From an uncultured Thermoleophilia bacterium (GTDB lineage Bacteria > Actinomycetota > Thermoleophilia > UBA2241), in the NCBI GenBank assembly GCA_963702475.1, contig CAVPCT010000004.1:192001-256000 (forward strand): a DNA stretch of 64,000 nt, in the 5' to 3' direction. Every line of letters begins with the position of its first letter. The stretch's first letter is position 1. Shown here one piece after another: positions 61,408 through 64,000 of the stretch. The notes under the pieces are model-generated. The model was not told where the DNA came from. It did no database searches and saw nothing but the letters and a program-made list of their open reading frames with translations. The position numbers and the translations under genes were made by a program.

Positions 61408-62184
61408 TCAGGTCGGCCCGGCGCCGGCCCGGCGGGCGCGCACGAGCACACCGCCGAGGGATCCGTCGCGCACGCGGCCGAGGACGGCGTCGTACTCGGC
61501 CGCGACGAAGTCGTACCAGTCGCCGTCGAAGGTGCGGGTGATCTCGTCGCGCTTGCCGGCGATGCGCCGGCACAGGTCCTCGTACCAGACGAGGAACCTG
61601 GGGCTGAGGTCGCGGAGTTCCGTGAGGCGCCAGCCGGCGGCCGCAAGCCGGCGCGGCAGGTCGCCGGGCCGGAGCGGCCGCCACCACGCGAAGCTCTTGC
61701 GCGACGGCGCCGCCTCGGCGAAGCGTCCGGCAGGGTCGGAGTACTCGAACAGGCGCAGCTCGCCGCCGGGAGCAGCCAGCGCGGCGAGTTGCGAGAAGAC
61801 CGCATCCTTGTCCGGGACCGCGTAGAGCGCGGTCATGGAGTACGCAAGGACGAACGGGCCGGTCAGGGTCTCGGCGGCCCGTTGCAGGTCACCTTCGACG
61901 ATGGTCACGGCGGGATGCCGCTCGCGGGCGAGGCGCACCGTCTCGGCGTCGACCTCGAGGCCCGTCACGACGCCGAAGCCCTGCGCCTGCACCCAGGCGG
62001 CCGTACCGCCGGCGCCGCACCCCGCGTCCAGGATGCGGCGGTCCGGATCGGGCGCGAGCCCGGCGAAGAGGAGGCGGTTCGCCTCCTCTTCGCCGGGATG
62101 TGCGTAGTCGGCGTCGCGGATGAGCGCGAGCAGGCGTTTGCCCGTCGCGCTGTTCATGGCGAGCTGATCCACCAGCTTCTTCAT
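61408..62184 (-). CDS. Class I SAM-dependent methyltransferase
   Basis: YAHPGEEEA, ILDAGCGAGG, VTGLE, APGGEL. Confidence 0.85.
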   Translation of the reverse strand: MKKLVDQLAMNSATGKRLLALIRDADYAHPGEEEANRLLFAGLAPDPDRRILDAGCGAGGTAAWVQAQGFGVVTGLEVDAETVRLARERHPAVTIVEGDLQRAAETLTGPFVLAYSMTALYAVPDKDAVFSQLAALAAPGGELRLFEYSDPAGRFAEAAPSRKSFAWWRPLRPGDLPRRLAAAGWRLTELRDLSPRFLVWYEDLCRRIAGKRDEITRTFDGDWYDFVAAEYDAVLGRVRDGSLGGVLVRARRAGAGPT

Positions 62185-62202
62185 GTCCGCGCGCGGCGAG
62201 CC

Positions 62203-64000
62203 TCAGATGAGCCCGTGCAGCTGCTGCACGAGCGGCTCGAAGTCCGGCCCCTTGAAGCAGTACTGCAGCTCGGTGAACCGGCTGCGAAGGTCTGCGACCG
62301 CTTCACTCACACGGGCGCCGTCGTTGACGGCGGCGGCCATCAGCTCGGCCACGGCGACGAAGTCCGCCGGCCCCATGCCGAAGCGTGTCATCTCCGAGAC
62401 GCCGAGTCGCAGGGCGCCCGAGGCGGTGAAGCCCTCTTCGTCGGGCGCCGCCTGGTAGTTGCAGACGATGTTGTTGGCCTCGAGGCGGCCGGCGACCTCG
62501 GGGCCGCGCCCGTAGCCGACGCGCACGATGACCTGGTGCGTCTCGGTGTAGTCGACGGCGGGATCGCCGGCCACGTCCAGCCCGGCCTCCTTGAGCGCCA
62601 CGGCGAAGGCCTTCGCGTTGCGGAGCACGGCCCGCTGATACTCGTCGCGGAAGTGGTTCATCTCGTAGGCCGCCATGAGCAGGCCCAGCAGCGTACCGAG
62701 GTGGTGGTTGCTCACCGACCCGGGGAACGCGCGCCGTTCGATCGCCTCCCAGAGGTCGTACTTCTCCTCCGTCTCCTCCCAACGGGCGCCGATGATGCCG
62801 CGCTGCGTGCCGAAGAACGTCTTGTGGGTCGATCCCGTGACGAGGTCTGCGCCCTCCCTGAACGGCTCCTGGAAGTGCGGGCCGACGAGGCCGAGCACGT
62901 GGGCCATGTCGTACATCAGCACGCAAGGGATGTCGGTCTCGTCGAGGAAGGTGCGCACCTCGTAGACCGGTTCCGGGTGCAGCACCATGCTCTTGCCGAG
63001 GATGATGAGCTCCGGGCGCTCCTGCTCGATGAGGTCGAGGAGCGCCGCAACGTCCGGTTTGTACGGATTGTCGGGCAGCACGGGGATGTCGACCACGGCT
63101 GGCAGCTCGGTTCGCGGATCGCGGGCCACATAGTCGCGCAGGGCGCCCATGGGCTGGGCGCTCAGGTGGCCGCCGCGGGCGATGTGGTTGTTGACCACCT
63201 TGGCGATGCGGCGCGGCTCGGCCTTGCGGTCGGCGCGGTTCAGGTAGTCGACCATGGCGCTGAACACAGCCGTGTTGGCCATCTGGCCGCTGATGACGCG
63301 AGTCTCCACCTCGAGGCAGCCGAGAAACGCACGCAGCTCGCTTCTGAGGAGCCGCTCCACCTCGTGGATGAAGCCTGTGCCCTGATAGTAGAAGACCTCC
63401 AGGTCGTAGAACGCCTCGGTCTTCTTGTGCTCGGCGTAGCGGAAGGACGGGTCCATCACGGAGAGCAGGCGCACCATCGGCGAGGCCGTCATCTCCGAGG
63501 GGATGAGGTCGATGCACTCAGACTGCCGCCACTCGTGGTTGGCGGCGGCGCCGCGCAACAGACGCAGCGCCTTCTCGCCGGCCTCGCCGCCCTCCAGCTC
63601 CGTGAGCTGGGGCGTGTAGTCCCAGACGATGGCGCGAGCGCACGGCGGCGCGTCGCTGCGCAGGTGGTACGGGACCACCAGCCCCGGCACACGGCGGCCG
63701 CGCACGTCGAGCTCGACCTCGTCGTCCTCGACCACGCGGCTGTCGATATACGCCAGGGCGATGGACCGCAGGTCGTGCTCGTCGGTGCGCGTGGAGCACA
63801 GGCCCTCGCCCTCGACGCCCCAGTACGGCACTGCCGTCCCGCTGGTCACCCAGCCGAGCGGCTCGCCGTCCTGGCTCAGGACGGTGGAGCCCTCGCGGGC
63901 GATGCCGCGCCCGGTCACGGCCACCGGCCGTGTGAGGCGCGGCAGGGCGCGGATGTCCGAATAGTCACGCGCCAGGATGCGGGCGTACGCCTCGTGCTGC
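62203..64000 (-). CDS. glyA: GcvT (aminomethyltransferase) - serine hydroxymethyltransferase fusion (partial, 5' end beyond window)
   Basis: GcvT C-terminus (GWVTSG, SIALAYID, VELDVRG) in frame with SHMT (LIPSE, SGQMAN, GGHLS, YDMAH, STHKT, FPGSVSNHH, LRLG); frame stays open to the window edge. Confidence 0.9.
   Translation of the reverse strand, partial: QHEAYARILARDYSDIRALPRLTRPVAVTGRGIAREGSTVLSQDGEPLGWVTSGTAVPYWGVEGEGLCSTRTDEHDLRSIALAYIDSRVVEDDEVELDVRGRRVPGLVVPYHLRSDAPPCARAIVWDYTPQLTELEGGEAGEKALRLLRGAAANHEWRQSECIDLIPSEMTASPMVRLLSVMDPSFRYAEHKKTEAFYDLEVFYYQGTGFIHEVERLLRSELRAFLGCLEVETRVISGQMANTAVFSAMVDYLNRADRKAEPRRIAKVVNNHIARGGHLSAQPMGALRDYVARDPRTELPAVVDIPVLPDNPYKPDVAALLDLIEQERPELIILGKSMVLHPEPVYEVRTFLDETDIPCVLMYDMAHVLGLVGPHFQEPFREGADLVTGSTHKTFFGTQRGIIGARWEETEEKYDLWEAIERRAFPGSVSNHHLGTLLGLLMAAYEMNHFRDEYQRAVLRNAKAFAVALKEAGLDVAGDPAVDYTETHQVIVRVGYGRGPEVAGRLEANNIVCNYQAAPDEEGFTASGALRLGVSEMTRFGMGPADFVAVAELMAAAVNDGARVSEAVADLRSRFTELQYCFKGPDFEPLVQQLHGLI

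Overview
High-GC bacterial chromosome, probably an anaerobic Actinomycetota lineage (Thermoleophilia/Coriobacteriia-like; taxonomy is inferred), spanning the replication origin. Left to right: (1) a decayed tyrosine-integrase island at tRNA-Val(TAC); (2) a type IV minor-pilin cluster (pilV/W/X-like, pilX frameshifted), UPF0182 and a 3xGAF-GGDEF cyclase; (3) a ~25 kb catabolic region (18-43 kb) that interleaves lysine-fermentation genes (kamA, kce, kat) with four non-pyrrolysine MttB-family methyltransferases, a RamA-type corrinoid activator, six tandem EamA transporters and amino-acid/peptide uptake systems. This is my best candidate for an undescribed system: anaerobic demethylation plus fermentation of N-methylated lysine; (4) sortase, moeA, an orphan FlgM-like ORF, and thiT-thiN under a TPP riboswitch carrying an unusual two-hairpin insertion in J4/5; (5) a bipartite oriC with an uncharacterised GHKL-ATPase/wHTH gene in front of dnaA, then dnaN-yaaA-recF-(phosphatase)-dciA-gyrB-gyrA; (6) a gcvT-glyA fusion / methyltransferase / LysA-like operon. 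Read by eye and absent from the ORF track: four sigma28/WhiG-type promoters, probable non-canonical starts (ACG for dnaA; CTG for yaaA and one EamA gene), and two short upstream ORFs sharing an IL(S)HIY motif. All calls come from manual motif reading and recall; no searches were run.
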